From a virus (Duplodnaviria; Caudoviricetes): a stretch of DNA of 58,017 nt. The stretch spans positions 1 to 58,017 of the IMG/VR virus record IMGVR_UViG_3300044993_000766, one strand, 5' to 3'. The first letter of the stretch is position 1; every line of letters begins with the position of its first letter. The translations under genes and the position numbers were made by a program. The notes beneath the pieces are model-generated. The model did not search any database. It saw only the letters and a list, made by a program, of their open reading frames with translations, and was not told where the DNA came from. Of this stretch, positions 1 to 10,086 are shown piece by piece.

Positions 1-1239
1 ATGCCTCTCACCGATACCGTCATCCGTAGTCGTAAGCCTGAAGCCAAACCCGTTAAGTTGGCGGACAGCGGCGGCTTGTACCTGCTCGTTCAGCCCAGCG
101 GTTCTCGCTGGTGGCGCTGGGATTACACCCGGCCGCATGCGAAGAAGCGCAATACCCTGAGCCTCGGCACCTACCCCGAAATCAGCCTGAAGGACGCTAG
201 GCTGAAAAGAGACGAGGCCAAGACCCTACTTGCCAAAGGCATCGACCCCGGCGAACAACGGAAGGCCACCAAGGCCATAGGCGCAGAACGCGCCAGTAAC
301 AGCTTTGAGGCGATCGGACGCGAGTGGCTTGCCGTCCAGGCGGCCAAGTGGGAAGCCAGCCACCTCGCCAAACAGAGCGGGCGCCTTGAGAACCACGTTT
401 TTCCCTGGATCGGTTCACGCCCGATCGCAGAGATAGGCGTAGTCGATCTGCGCCCAATTCTGGACAGGATCGCCACTCACGGACATCACGAACAGGCCCA
501 TCGCGTTCTTGCGGCGATCGGCTGGGTGTTCAAGTTTGCAATCGCGACAGAACGTGCGGAACGGAACCCCGCGCGGGATCTCAGCGTGCTGTTGCCGCCG
601 CGCCGGAAGCGCCACTACGCCCACCTAAAAGAGCCGGCGGCCGTGGGCGAACTCATGCGAGCCATAGACGCCTTCCGCGGCACATATCCTGTAGCGGTCG
701 CGCTGAAACTGGCTCCGCTGACCTTCGTCCGACCCGGCGAACTTCGCAAGGCCGAATGGACGGAATTCGATTTGGACAACCCCGAAGGGCCGCAGTGGAT
801 CATCCCTCCTGCGAAACGCAAACTCCGCAAGGAGCGGAAGGAAAATCCCGATACCCCTCCTTTGGTCGTTCCGCTATCCACCCAAGCTGCCGCTCTGATC
901 CGCGATCTGCGGCCCTTGACCGGCCAAGCGCGGTACCTTTTCCCAGGCGCTCGCGACCTCACTCGCCCTATGTCGGAGAATACGATCAATGCAGCACTCG
1001 CCCGTATCGGTTACGACGGCGATACGATGACCGGCCACGGATTCAGACACACCGCCAGCACACTGCTCAACGAAATGGGCTTCAATAAAGACGCCATTGA
1101 ACGGCAGCTTGCTCATGTCGAACCCGGCGTGCGTGGTGTGTATAACCATGCACAGCACTTGCCGGAAAGACGAAGGATGATGCAGGCATGGGCTGATTAC
1201 CTCGATACCCTGAAAAAGAGCACCCCAAACACTTTTTAG
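1..1239 (+). CDS. int: P4-like tyrosine integrase with N-terminal arm-DNA-binding domain
   Basis: N-terminal KLADSGGLYLLV...SLGTYPEISLKDAR; catalytic motifs VRPGELR, HGFRH, QLAH, YNHA. Confidence 0.96.
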   Translation: MPLTDTVIRSRKPEAKPVKLADSGGLYLLVQPSGSRWWRWDYTRPHAKKRNTLSLGTYPEISLKDARLKRDEAKTLLAKGIDPGEQRKATKAIGAERASNSFEAIGREWLAVQAAKWEASHLAKQSGRLENHVFPWIGSRPIAEIGVVDLRPILDRIATHGHHEQAHRVLAAIGWVFKFAIATERAERNPARDLSVLLPPRRKRHYAHLKEPAAVGELMRAIDAFRGTYPVAVALKLAPLTFVRPGELRKAEWTEFDLDNPEGPQWIIPPAKRKLRKERKENPDTPPLVVPLSTQAAALIRDLRPLTGQARYLFPGARDLTRPMSENTINAALARIGYDGDTMTGHGFRHTASTLLNEMGFNKDAIERQLAHVEPGVRGVYNHAQHLPERRRMMQAWADYLDTLKKSTPNTF

Positions 1240-1295
1240 CTCACTTTGCACGCAACCAGACACTCACTAAGAACGTGTCGCAGCTCTTCGTCAGC

Positions 1296-4200
1296 TTAGC
1301 CGCCGCCCCCACCGCCGCCATCACCACCCCCACCGTCGCCTTGTGGTCCTTGTGCCGGCGACATTGAGCGCGCGCCCATCCGCATCGTCGGCCCCTTTGG
1401 ACCATCATCGTCCTGCTGCATCGCAATCTGCTGCGCCTGCTCCATCGCATGCTCGCGTGCTTGCATCACAGCCTGGGAGACAACGGACGACTGTTCAAGC
1501 GACTGCGATAGCGCCTGCTCCACGTTAATCGGAACCCGTCGATGCGCGGGGTCATCCAATGAGCCCTGTACGACAAAGAGCGTATCTGGGCGTCCTGTCT
1601 GCGGGTTAACCTTGCCGGGCACGATGTGGTCGTAGCTGGTTATGTTCCATCCTTCGGCCGCCAACGACATAGCCACAACAGATGCACCTAGCTTTTGGCG
1701 CTCATGCTGGGTCAGGCCACCCATGCCGGGGGCAACCTCGATCTGCGACAGAACGTTTTGCGCCCGTAGATACATGCCGTGGGCCGCATGCTTGGGTTCT
1801 GTGACGAGCGGGCCAGCCGACGATGCTGGCTCGGAGGTCGGCGTGTGTCCATGACGCTGATCGTCGGTCGGCTTGTGGTCCTCCTCGCGCTCGTCCCGCA
1901 TCGATGGGGGACGGATTAGCGCCGGATCGGGTGTAGTCGCAATTATCAAAGTAGAGGGCGCATCAATGCGCACGACCGGCTCCGGCTCACGCTCCTTGTC
2001 GTCTTCGACACTACGCCCACCTGAGATGGAAGGGCTGACAGAACGCGGTGCAATCACCGGTTGTGGCGCATCCGGTTCGGACTTTGGGTCGATCAAGAGC
2101 GAGCGGATCGGCGTTGCCTGTTCCGCGCGTTCGCGTTCGCGCTGTGCGGCTAAAGCTTGATCCACAGCATCGCGCGTTCCTTGATCGGCCACCCCGGTTG
2201 CGGGAATGCCATGCATCGTCTGAAACTGGCGAATAGCGTGCTCGGTTTCGGGACCATAGCGGCCATTCTGCGGGATCTGCTCTCCATCAGGGCCACGATA
2301 GCCCTGCCGATCAAGGCGGTATTGCAATAGTTCGACTGAATCGCCGCGGTCGCCCAAGCGCAATGCGTTCGAGTCAGGGCCAGTCGGTTTTTCAGCCGCG
2401 TCTACGCGGGTCTGTTGTGGAGGGATGTCATCGGAACGCGGAGTCAGGGAATCGGGCTGGCGTTCCGGGGTCGCAGATGTCGCTGGTGTCCCATCATGTC
2501 CGATGGTCCGCATAGAAGTCCGTCGGTCCTCGTCTAGCACCTGGGTCTCGTCTGCCCCCCCCTGTTGGGGGGTGTTGCTTTCGGCCTCCATGCGTTCACG
2601 TTCCAGTCGAGAGGCACCATCTTCATGCGCGCTCTGCGCGAGCGCCAATGCGGCCGTTGCCACGAGTGGCACTTCCTGGGTAACGGCATCCTCCGGCATG
2701 CGTTCAGGCCGATGTGTACGCTCCGGCTCGCCCTGAATAGCACGCACCGCACCATTTTCCATCGTCATCCCGCGTGAAGCGACCGCTAGCGTCGCCGCTT
2801 GAACTGTCTCCTGCGTCTGTTCCTGAGACAGGCCTAGCCGGTTCGCTTCGCGCGCCGCCTGCTCGCGTGCGCCGCGCTCCTCCGGGGTCGCCAGTGCGAC
2901 TGCTCGCTCAAATGGCGCTGGGTACGGCGTATCCTCCGTTCTCGCACGCACATCGGCGAGCGCGCGATTGATGTCCTCTGGCGTTGTCACAGCGACGATA
3001 CGCACCACGCCGTCGGCATTCCGGTGGATATGATGAATCGGGCTGTCGGGGCTGTACTGCCCGCTCTCGTCTGTCCCCAGCACCGTCACTGTATTGTCGG
3101 GGCCTATCCCTGCGGCGGCTCTGGTGCGCTGCACAGCAAGGTAACTGGCCTCGAACAGTTCAGGCCGAATCTCACGGTTGATGTCGTGATCCAGGTACGC
3201 TGTGCGTAACAAGGCGCGATCCGCCTGCTCTGGCGTCGGTGGTTGCCAGGACGGCATCCGAGCCAGTTCTCGCTGGTGATCTTGTAGCGCGGGCAGCATA
3301 CGATCACGGGTCAGTTCCAGCTCTAGCGCACGTTGTGCATCTGCCGGTGCGCCGTCATGTATCCATGTCCCTTGCGTATCGCGCCGGTAATGCTTTCCGT
3401 CGGAGGCTTGACGCAGATCGGGGTCAAGTGCGGTCGTCACGGCCGCAGGCATGGTATCCGCTGGTGAGGGAGTCTGGTCGTAACCATAAGCCTTATGCCC
3501 TCGCTGATATTGGGCTGCGATTTCGGCCGAGCTTGCCCTCAGGTTTGCGTCGATGACCCGTACAGCCTGCGCACTCAACTGAGCAGCACGCTCGGGATCG
3601 GCCACGGTACGCTCGACATCGACTGGCATGCGTTCGTTGTCGAGCTTCGTTACGATCCAACGCTCCCACTCACCGCTATCGGCCTTGTAAGTCCAGTTCG
3701 CCGGCGTCTGCCCCAAACTGCTGCGATCTTGTGCATTTGCGGGCTGCACGAAAGGATCAATCGGCTCGGGCACTTTGGCGATGGCCAGTTCCACGGCTTT
3801 TGCACTCGCCAGAGCACTCAACTCGCGGTGCTTGTCGGGCGGGGCCGCAAAAGATTGCTCTTGCGGAATATCGCGACCGTCATCCAGCAAGTCACCACGC
3901 AAATCCTGACGAATCCACTGCTTGCCCGTGTACTTCCAGTTCACGCCCTCACTGGCGATATTGGTGATTCCGTACTGTTGCCACCAATCCACCGCGCGCT
4001 CGGCAGCGGTACCGAATAGGTATGCCTCGCCGAGCACGAGCAGCGCTGTGCCGCCCGTGCCCGTGCCTAAAGCCGCAGCGGTGGTGGTCGCAGCAGCGGC
4101 GCCAACGACAGCGCCCGCGGTTTGAGCGCCTTGGCGCAGATATGCGTCGTTCCCTGCGGTTTCGTTGCCGAGTGTATTTTTGAATACCTCTGCACGCTGG

Positions 4201-6479
4201 TGGGTCTGCGCCCATTCATAGCCAGTCAACCCAACCTCAAGCAGTACACCACCTACCGCCGCGCGGCGGATTCGGGCTCGCTCGATTGCTTCTGGCTCAT
4301 AGGGCAGCAATTCCACCTTCGCCTCACGCGACAGTCGGGCCATCAATCCTTCAACACCTGCCTGTTCAGGTGGGCCAACGTGCGGCGTCCGCTCCACCGG
4401 GCGTGCCAGCGTTTGCAGGCGTTGCGTCATTTCACTGGCCGGTTCGGGCGCCTGCTCTGGGGTATGCACCACCTGCCCGGGCCGCACAATATGGGTGTAG
4501 TCGGGCACCAGTTGCTTAACTTCGCCCGCAGGCGTACTGCGGTCTATCTTCGGCCAATGGCGGAACAGGGCATTGCCTTCTGTAGAATGGTGAATCACGT
4601 CCATTCGGGGGTCGATGGTTTCCGGTACCCGTTGGAAGATCGGTTCACCCGTCAATGCATTACGGAAATCCGTCATCAGGTTCAGGCTGCGGTCGCCCAA
4701 GCCGCTGCGGAAGTAACTCCCCGCGAGGTCCGAATGCGCGCCTGCCACTGTGACGCTCAAGAACCGTTTATCCGCAGAGTGCCCCTCGGGAATGATGCGG
4801 TCCACCGGGAACAAGCCGCGTTGCTCGTCCGCCGCATTGATTTGGAAACCTGAGACTACCGAGGGCGGCAGACGGCGGTCAAAAAAATCTTCCAGGTAGC
4901 CCGTCGGTACCGGGTCGTACAGGCCGACCGACATGGGCACTTGCCCAGGCGTGATGTGATGGCGCGTATATGTCCTGACCGTATTGCCGTGCTCGTCGAG
5001 GGATTCGATCGCGCTGCTGGGGTCGGGGAAGCCGCGCTCATGGATCATCCGGGCCAGCAACGGTACGGTGCTGGCACCCCGGCTGAAGCCTTCGAGATGG
5101 ATACTGATCCGGGCCTGCGGATCCGCTTTGAGTATCTGGTTGATGCGCTCTGCTAACTCCGCATACATATCTTCGGCGCGCGCCAGCGACGTGCGCCCCA
5201 GCGCACCGTCCACGGTATTTTCGATGAGGTTGGTCTGTGTGCCTGGGCCGGCACGATATACGAAATCAACATTCGTGAGTCCATCCCTACGTAAATCTCT
5301 GATTTGTTCACGCAATTTCGCGACATTCGTGGCATGCAAGGGATCGCGATCCACATCGTTGCCCGTGCCATCCAGCAGACCGAACAGCATGTAAGAATGC
5401 CGGTCGTTACGATCCCACAGCGCCGGCACTTTGAATTCGCGCATCTGCGCAGCGGCGCGGTCGTAACTCTGGAGCTGCTCGCGGCTTGCGATGTCGTGCG
5501 GCACATCATCATAGGGCAGCCCATCTGCGTCCAGCCTGATCCGGGTTTTCCCTGACGCCGCATTCGCTATCTTGTCATCCAGCGCATCGAGTGTCCTCGT
5601 AATTGTGGACCTGGGCGCGGATAGCAGATTCGCTGGTGACGAGTCAGGCGACGGTGCGCGCAAAGCATCAAGATGGCGCATGCCTGCTTGCGCGAAATCG
5701 CTGGGTGGGGCCATCCGGTCGGCGAGCGGCCGAGTGACGACCGTGAAAGCCGGCGGCTGCGCAGTCAGAGCCGTCCCAGTAAAATAAGCGCGGCTATCGA
5801 TCAATAATTGCCCTGCATCGCTATATAGCGGTTTTCCGGCATCGTTGACGGCCACATTCAGCTTGCCCACATTCTCATAAGAACGCGCCTGCACAGCCTC
5901 GAATGCAGCGTTGCCACCGCGGTCGGCTTGAAGGTTCGCCAAACTGATGCGGTCGATGTCTTCGATGGTGGTGACACGCTCGTTCGCCAGCACGCGCGGA
6001 AGCTCGCTCGCCCCGAACACGCGGTCCGGCTGGGCGAAGCTGGTGATGGTCCGCACCTCACCCACCGTCTCGGCCGCGAACTTGGCCGAAACGATGTCCC
6101 AGGCGCCGTCCGCGATGCGCTTGCCGTCCGGCCCGATCGTCCCGAACAGGAACTGGTTCGCTTTCGTTCCACTCTCCAGCGGGTCGCTTTCGAAGACGCG
6201 CTCCAGCGTCTCGATCAGTTGCTGATTGCGGCTTCTTTCCGAGTACACATCCAGAAACTTGAATGCTTCGGTCTTGTCGAGAACGCGCACGTCTTCCCCA
6301 GCACTCAGCATACCGCTGATGATTTCGGTCGATGCGATCTCCGGTGCTAACCTGCCGCTGTAGAGAACAGTGACAGACCCCTGTGCCTGAACATCCAACC
6401 TGCTGATGAGCGCGCGCAGTTCCGCTTCCGATTTGATGCCCGGTAATTCGGCATTAGCCTCGGCCGACGAAATATCCAT
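1296..6479 (-). CDS. Xanthomonadales T4SS effector (X-Tfe): ARC-like N-terminal domain, Tle1/DUF2235 phospholipase, PG-binding domain, C-terminal XVIPCD
   Basis: DGTGND, GFSRGA and GAHSD Tle1 motifs; LRLGDRGDSVELLQYRL...YGPETEHAIRQFQ PG_binding_1 signature; LFVVQGSLDDPAHRR...ALSQSLEQSS plus Q-rich tail typical of XVIPCD; GAGG RBS. Confidence 0.88.
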   Translation of the reverse strand: MDISSAEANAELPGIKSEAELRALISRLDVQAQGSVTVLYSGRLAPEIASTEIISGMLSAGEDVRVLDKTEAFKFLDVYSERSRNQQLIETLERVFESDPLESGTKANQFLFGTIGPDGKRIADGAWDIVSAKFAAETVGEVRTITSFAQPDRVFGASELPRVLANERVTTIEDIDRISLANLQADRGGNAAFEAVQARSYENVGKLNVAVNDAGKPLYSDAGQLLIDSRAYFTGTALTAQPPAFTVVTRPLADRMAPPSDFAQAGMRHLDALRAPSPDSSPANLLSAPRSTITRTLDALDDKIANAASGKTRIRLDADGLPYDDVPHDIASREQLQSYDRAAAQMREFKVPALWDRNDRHSYMLFGLLDGTGNDVDRDPLHATNVAKLREQIRDLRRDGLTNVDFVYRAGPGTQTNLIENTVDGALGRTSLARAEDMYAELAERINQILKADPQARISIHLEGFSRGASTVPLLARMIHERGFPDPSSAIESLDEHGNTVRTYTRHHITPGQVPMSVGLYDPVPTGYLEDFFDRRLPPSVVSGFQINAADEQRGLFPVDRIIPEGHSADKRFLSVTVAGAHSDLAGSYFRSGLGDRSLNLMTDFRNALTGEPIFQRVPETIDPRMDVIHHSTEGNALFRHWPKIDRSTPAGEVKQLVPDYTHIVRPGQVVHTPEQAPEPASEMTQRLQTLARPVERTPHVGPPEQAGVEGLMARLSREAKVELLPYEPEAIERARIRRAAVGGVLLEVGLTGYEWAQTHQRAEVFKNTLGNETAGNDAYLRQGAQTAGAVVGAAAATTTAAALGTGTGGTALLVLGEAYLFGTAAERAVDWWQQYGITNIASEGVNWKYTGKQWIRQDLRGDLLDDGRDIPQEQSFAAPPDKHRELSALASAKAVELAIAKVPEPIDPFVQPANAQDRSSLGQTPANWTYKADSGEWERWIVTKLDNERMPVDVERTVADPERAAQLSAQAVRVIDANLRASSAEIAAQYQRGHKAYGYDQTPSPADTMPAAVTTALDPDLRQASDGKHYRRDTQGTWIHDGAPADAQRALELELTRDRMLPALQDHQRELARMPSWQPPTPEQADRALLRTAYLDHDINREIRPELFEASYLAVQRTRAAAGIGPDNTVTVLGTDESGQYSPDSPIHHIHRNADGVVRIVAVTTPEDINRALADVRARTEDTPYPAPFERAVALATPEERGAREQAAREANRLGLSQEQTQETVQAATLAVASRGMTMENGAVRAIQGEPERTHRPERMPEDAVTQEVPLVATAALALAQSAHEDGASRLERERMEAESNTPQQGGADETQVLDEDRRTSMRTIGHDGTPATSATPERQPDSLTPRSDDIPPQQTRVDAAEKPTGPDSNALRLGDRGDSVELLQYRLDRQGYRGPDGEQIPQNGRYGPETEHAIRQFQTMHGIPATGVADQGTRDAVDQALAAQRERERAEQATPIRSLLIDPKSEPDAPQPVIAPRSVSPSISGGRSVEDDKEREPEPVVRIDAPSTLIIATTPDPALIRPPSMRDEREEDHKPTDDQRHGHTPTSEPASSAGPLVTEPKHAAHGMYLRAQNVLSQIEVAPGMGGLTQHERQKLGASVVAMSLAAEGWNITSYDHIVPGKVNPQTGRPDTLFVVQGSLDDPAHRRVPINVEQALSQSLEQSSVVSQAVMQAREHAMEQAQQIAMQQDDDGPKGPTMRMGARSMSPAQGPQGDGGGGDGGGGGGG

Positions 6480-6488
6480 GTGCGGGCC

Positions 6489-6932
6489 TCAGAACTCGAA
6501 CGACACGATCGTGTTAGGAATCTGCTTCCTTGCGCCGTCGTAGCCCCTCGCAGTCAATGCTTCCTTGAGCGTTTCGATGACTTGGCGCAGGCGCACGTCG
6601 TCGAGGTCGTCTGGATAGATTTGGACGATCTTCCCCCAAGCCACGCGATACGGCGATTCGCTTAGCGTTTTCGACCCGCTTGCCCTGTCCACCTTGACGA
6701 AAAATTTTTGCCCATCCATCTCCAGCAGGAATTCGATCCAATACTCCCCATCGCGCGCTGGATTGGCGCCGCGTATTTGGCGGAGGATGATGTTCCGCTC
6801 CCGGTCGATGGTCCATTGCGGGGCGTAATTGTCCGGCAACTTCATCTCGCCCGGATACATGGCCAAATATGACTTGGCAAGCCCATATGTCTCGATGTCC
6901 TCGGCGGACACATATTCATTGACAAACGCCAT
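6489..6932 (-). CDS. Putative cytoplasmic immunity protein (MAFVNEY...WTIDRER type)
   Basis: Start reassigned to ATG 6932 with GGAG RBS; directly upstream of the effector; small, no signal peptide. Confidence 0.6.
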   Translation of the reverse strand: MAFVNEYVSAEDIETYGLAKSYLAMYPGEMKLPDNYAPQWTIDRERNIILRQIRGANPARDGEYWIEFLLEMDGQKFFVKVDRASGSKTLSESPYRVAWGKIVQIYPDDLDDVRLRQVIETLKEALTARGYDGARKQIPNTIVSFEF

Positions 6933-6948
6933 CGTTGCTCTCCGCAGG

Positions 6949-7485
6949 TCAAAATGTCTTTGTCCACGCCAGCTTAAGGTCGCGCAGACTATCGCTGTTC
7001 CTGACCGCCGGGTCACGGGGCTGCTTAAGTTCCACCAAACCGCGCATGTAGACATTGATCGTGCGGTCATTGACTTCGAGAAGGATCTCTACACGTCGCG
7101 AGCGATCGTCCAAACCCCACCCATCCTTGACCTCATGCTCTTGCGCGTTATGCAGAACCAGGCGATCGGGGAATATCTTCTCGAAGTTCAGCTTTGTGCT
7201 CCGCGCAACTCCATCCATGGCCGTCCACCAAATTTCAATGATCGGCGAGAAGACATCACTCGGCATGATGGCGAACCCTGCGGTCCAGTCGTCTTTCCAG
7301 TCGGGGCTCCTGGGTTCGCCGGACGAACTGAATCGGTTCCTTTGGGAAATATGCTGTTGGTTTATGAATATGACCGAGCATTCAAGGGTGTTATAGCATC
7401 TGGCGTCAAAACTAAATCTGTCGAACCTCAACGGCCACGGCTCGCGCGGCACTCTTTTCTTGAACAGTTTTCCGAGAATAAACAT
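6949..7485 (-). CDS. Putative immunity protein of the type found beside Tle1-like XVIPCD effectors
   Basis: WPLRF..FSFDARCYNTLEC and ILLEVNDRTINVYMR motifs resemble Xanthomonadales X-Tfi proteins (from memory); probable start ATG 7485 with GAGG RBS; ORF is open to 7767. Confidence 0.62.
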   Translation of the reverse strand: MFILGKLFKKRVPREPWPLRFDRFSFDARCYNTLECSVIFINQQHISQRNRFSSSGEPRSPDWKDDWTAGFAIMPSDVFSPIIEIWWTAMDGVARSTKLNFEKIFPDRLVLHNAQEHEVKDGWGLDDRSRRVEILLEVNDRTINVYMRGLVELKQPRDPAVRNSDSLRDLKLAWTKTF

Positions 7486-7896
7486 TTCAGCACCCTCTGG
7501 ATCGGTCGGAATTTCGTCTACGGCTAAAGCTGTCTGCACAGGAGTCGTTCGCTTTGGCAGGTTGGGCTTGCGCTTGGTCTGCACCGGCACGCCGCCAGCA
7601 GGCATTGGGCCATTTTCGCGCAAAGTCCTTTCATTAGCGATCTGCATGTCCCGAAGAAGCTGGAGGTCGTGATGGGTATCCTTTTTGCGCAAAGCCGAGG
7701 GCCTGCCCAAGTCTGACTCACCACTGGATTCGTTTGGATTCATCTGTACATCAGCCTGCGAACGCATCCATCATGAAATTCAGACCTGCCATGCGACAGC
7801 CTTTTACTGATCTGACTCCTACTTTTGATGCCTTCATGTTCAAAACCTATCCTCAATTTACTGGCGCCTTGCGCCGATAGTAGCGGCACAAAATTA

Positions 7897-9240
7897 TCAG
7901 TGGATAGCAAAATCAATTGATGCGCCTTTCTTGATCGAAATTCGATGGATCATGTGCGTGCCGTATGTCCTCCAGTACGCCTCCCACTCACTCTCTGGGC
8001 ACTCAAAGGTGAAGGCCCACACCATTTCAAGCGCCTCATCAATGGCAATGCACTTGTGCACGATTTCGTTCGTTCGGCCGGGTTCTCTATCCCGATACCT
8101 CAGCGTGACCACCCTCAAACCGTTTTCAGTATGATCGTCCTCGATCAATCTATCGCCATCTTCAATTCGGATTTCAAAATGAAGAATATAGTCGCGATAG
8201 ACGCGATCCCCTCCGGGCCAATAGCCGGATTTCATTCCGCTCATGACGTGTAAGGTGAAGCCCGTCTCAAACGGTTCTTCTCGCGAGAAGCGCGCCGGGC
8301 TCGTCGCATACACATCCGTGGCAATACCATCTCTTACTGGACGCGCCTCCAGCGCAACCACATGCCATGACTCGGGCTGAAAAAAGAAGGCATTTCCGAA
8401 CTCCACCCACCTGAAACCGTAGGGCACTGGGACCACTCTTACAGCAGATGTCCCTAATTCTGCGACATTGTCAGCGCCCATATTTGACGATGCGGCAATG
8501 CGCGCCTCATCTTTGTTCGATGCAATCCAAGCCGATGATTGTCCCGTCACATGACCCAAGGCAGGTTCAGGCTGGCGTTGTGAATTTGCGGATGAATCGG
8601 CATTGCTCGGCTTTCTGGTGAGCTTTCGTTGACTTGGCAGTCTGTCGCGGTCGTCCAGAAAGCCTGTCCACCGCGCAATCCAATATGCGCTCGTTGCCGC
8701 AACCCAAGTCCAACCCAAGCCGATCAGGGTGCCCCTTAACGTCATGCTGCTACTGATGAGCACCAAAGTAAAAACGATGGGCGAGAGCACGATCACCGGA
8801 ATAAGCCCGATCAACATTGGCTTAACGATCCACCTCCATTCCGGCAGACTGAGAATCGCAGCTTTTGCAGCGCGATGACTTTCCTCGCGCAAGCGCGATG
8901 CCAGGACCAGACGGTCTATAACCGACATCAGACGCTGCCGATTGTCCAGACGGGAATACCACCCGCTGGCCAATCTGCGACGCAACATTTCACGCGCTTC
9001 GGCGGACCCCTTGATGACGATCCATACTGAATAGAAGGATGCGATAAGCACAGGCGGAACAGCGCATGCAATGACGAGGCCTAACTGACTTCCAAAGACC
9101 TCAATAGCAAAGCCTTCAGACCGCGTAGACATCAGGTTGGGCAAAATCTCAATCGCGATCCAGCCAAACATGGCCGCCCATGCAGCAAGCACGAACGCAA
9201 TCATGATCCTGTCGATGAACTTACCTAGAATTCTCCACAT
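7897..9240 (-). CDS. Membrane protein (about 4 TM) with C-terminal soluble domain, function unknown
   Basis: 447-aa ORF with four hydrophobic segments in the N-terminal half; lower GC than the phage core. Confidence 0.7.
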   Translation of the reverse strand: MWRILGKFIDRIMIAFVLAAWAAMFGWIAIEILPNLMSTRSEGFAIEVFGSQLGLVIACAVPPVLIASFYSVWIVIKGSAEAREMLRRRLASGWYSRLDNRQRLMSVIDRLVLASRLREESHRAAKAAILSLPEWRWIVKPMLIGLIPVIVLSPIVFTLVLISSSMTLRGTLIGLGWTWVAATSAYWIARWTGFLDDRDRLPSQRKLTRKPSNADSSANSQRQPEPALGHVTGQSSAWIASNKDEARIAASSNMGADNVAELGTSAVRVVPVPYGFRWVEFGNAFFFQPESWHVVALEARPVRDGIATDVYATSPARFSREEPFETGFTLHVMSGMKSGYWPGGDRVYRDYILHFEIRIEDGDRLIEDDHTENGLRVVTLRYRDREPGRTNEIVHKCIAIDEALEMVWAFTFECPESEWEAYWRTYGTHMIHRISIKKGASIDFAIH

Positions 9241-9504
9241 ACAATTTTTCCCTCCGCATGCTTATACCCGCATCCTGCTTTTTTAGGCTCTTATTCTGTA
9301 CTTAATCACAATCTTGGACCTAGTTCATTTTGCACACCGCATCATGCTGCGACCCAGGGCTAAAAGCGTCCAGCAACACCATGGTTAAGGAAACAGGTAT
9401 AGCACAATCGCTAGCGCCACCCTTGCCCAAAACAATACCAAATCCGCGATGACTTCAATGGTAGTTCTTTCGTCTTCAAAGCGTCCACGACGGAGCGAAA
9501 ACAA

Positions 9505-9903
9505 TTAGTGGTTCCTCCTGCACGGGACTGGTTCCCCACGCTGAATCCGTTGGTAGATTTCTTCACGATGCACCGGCACGCTACGCGGGGCCTCGACGCC
9601 CACCCGCACCTGCCGCCCTCTTGCGAGGGCCGTCAGACCGCGCTTCGAACAGCCGTTGATACACACGACGAATTCTTCGCCAATGCGGAGCGACTCGCCC
9701 AGCAGAAGCGAAATCACATAGCGTCGATGGCGGCGCCCGTACTCTGAAGGCTCCACCAACACGTCGGCATCGTCCGTGACGGTCAACGCGGCAGGCGCAG
9801 CCAGCGCAACAGTGACGTGGCCCCGCACTTTTGAGCGGATGGTCAGCCGCACGCCATCACCGATGCGGATGCTTTCGCCCACGCGGCGCGTGAGGATCAA
9901 CAT
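9505..9903 (-). CDS. csrA: CsrA/RsmA-family protein with internally duplicated CsrA domain
   Basis: MLILTRRVGESIRIGD N-terminus, second LLGESLRIGEE repeat, C-terminal QVRVGVEAPRSVPVHREEIYQRIQ. Confidence 0.9.
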   Translation of the reverse strand: MLILTRRVGESIRIGDGVRLTIRSKVRGHVTVALAAPAALTVTDDADVLVEPSEYGRRHRRYVISLLLGESLRIGEEFVVCINGCSKRGLTALARGRQVRVGVEAPRSVPVHREEIYQRIQRGEPVPCRRNH

Positions 9904-10086
9904 AGCGCACCCCACCTACTGCTGTATGAGACACTTTGCTGCCAACAGGGCGCGCACCGGCTAGCGCAATCTTTCACTAGACCGAACACGCTACCGCTTC
10001 CGTTTTGATCTACGATCAGCGCATCGATCTTCATCCTGTTTCTCCTTGAGAAATAACAGTGGAGTCGCCCGGCACGGCGGCTTGTC

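Noticed and set aside
1296-1340. GC-rich short repeats at the effector 3' end as a possible att site
   Set aside because: They simply encode the poly-Gly tail GDGGGGDGGGGGGG
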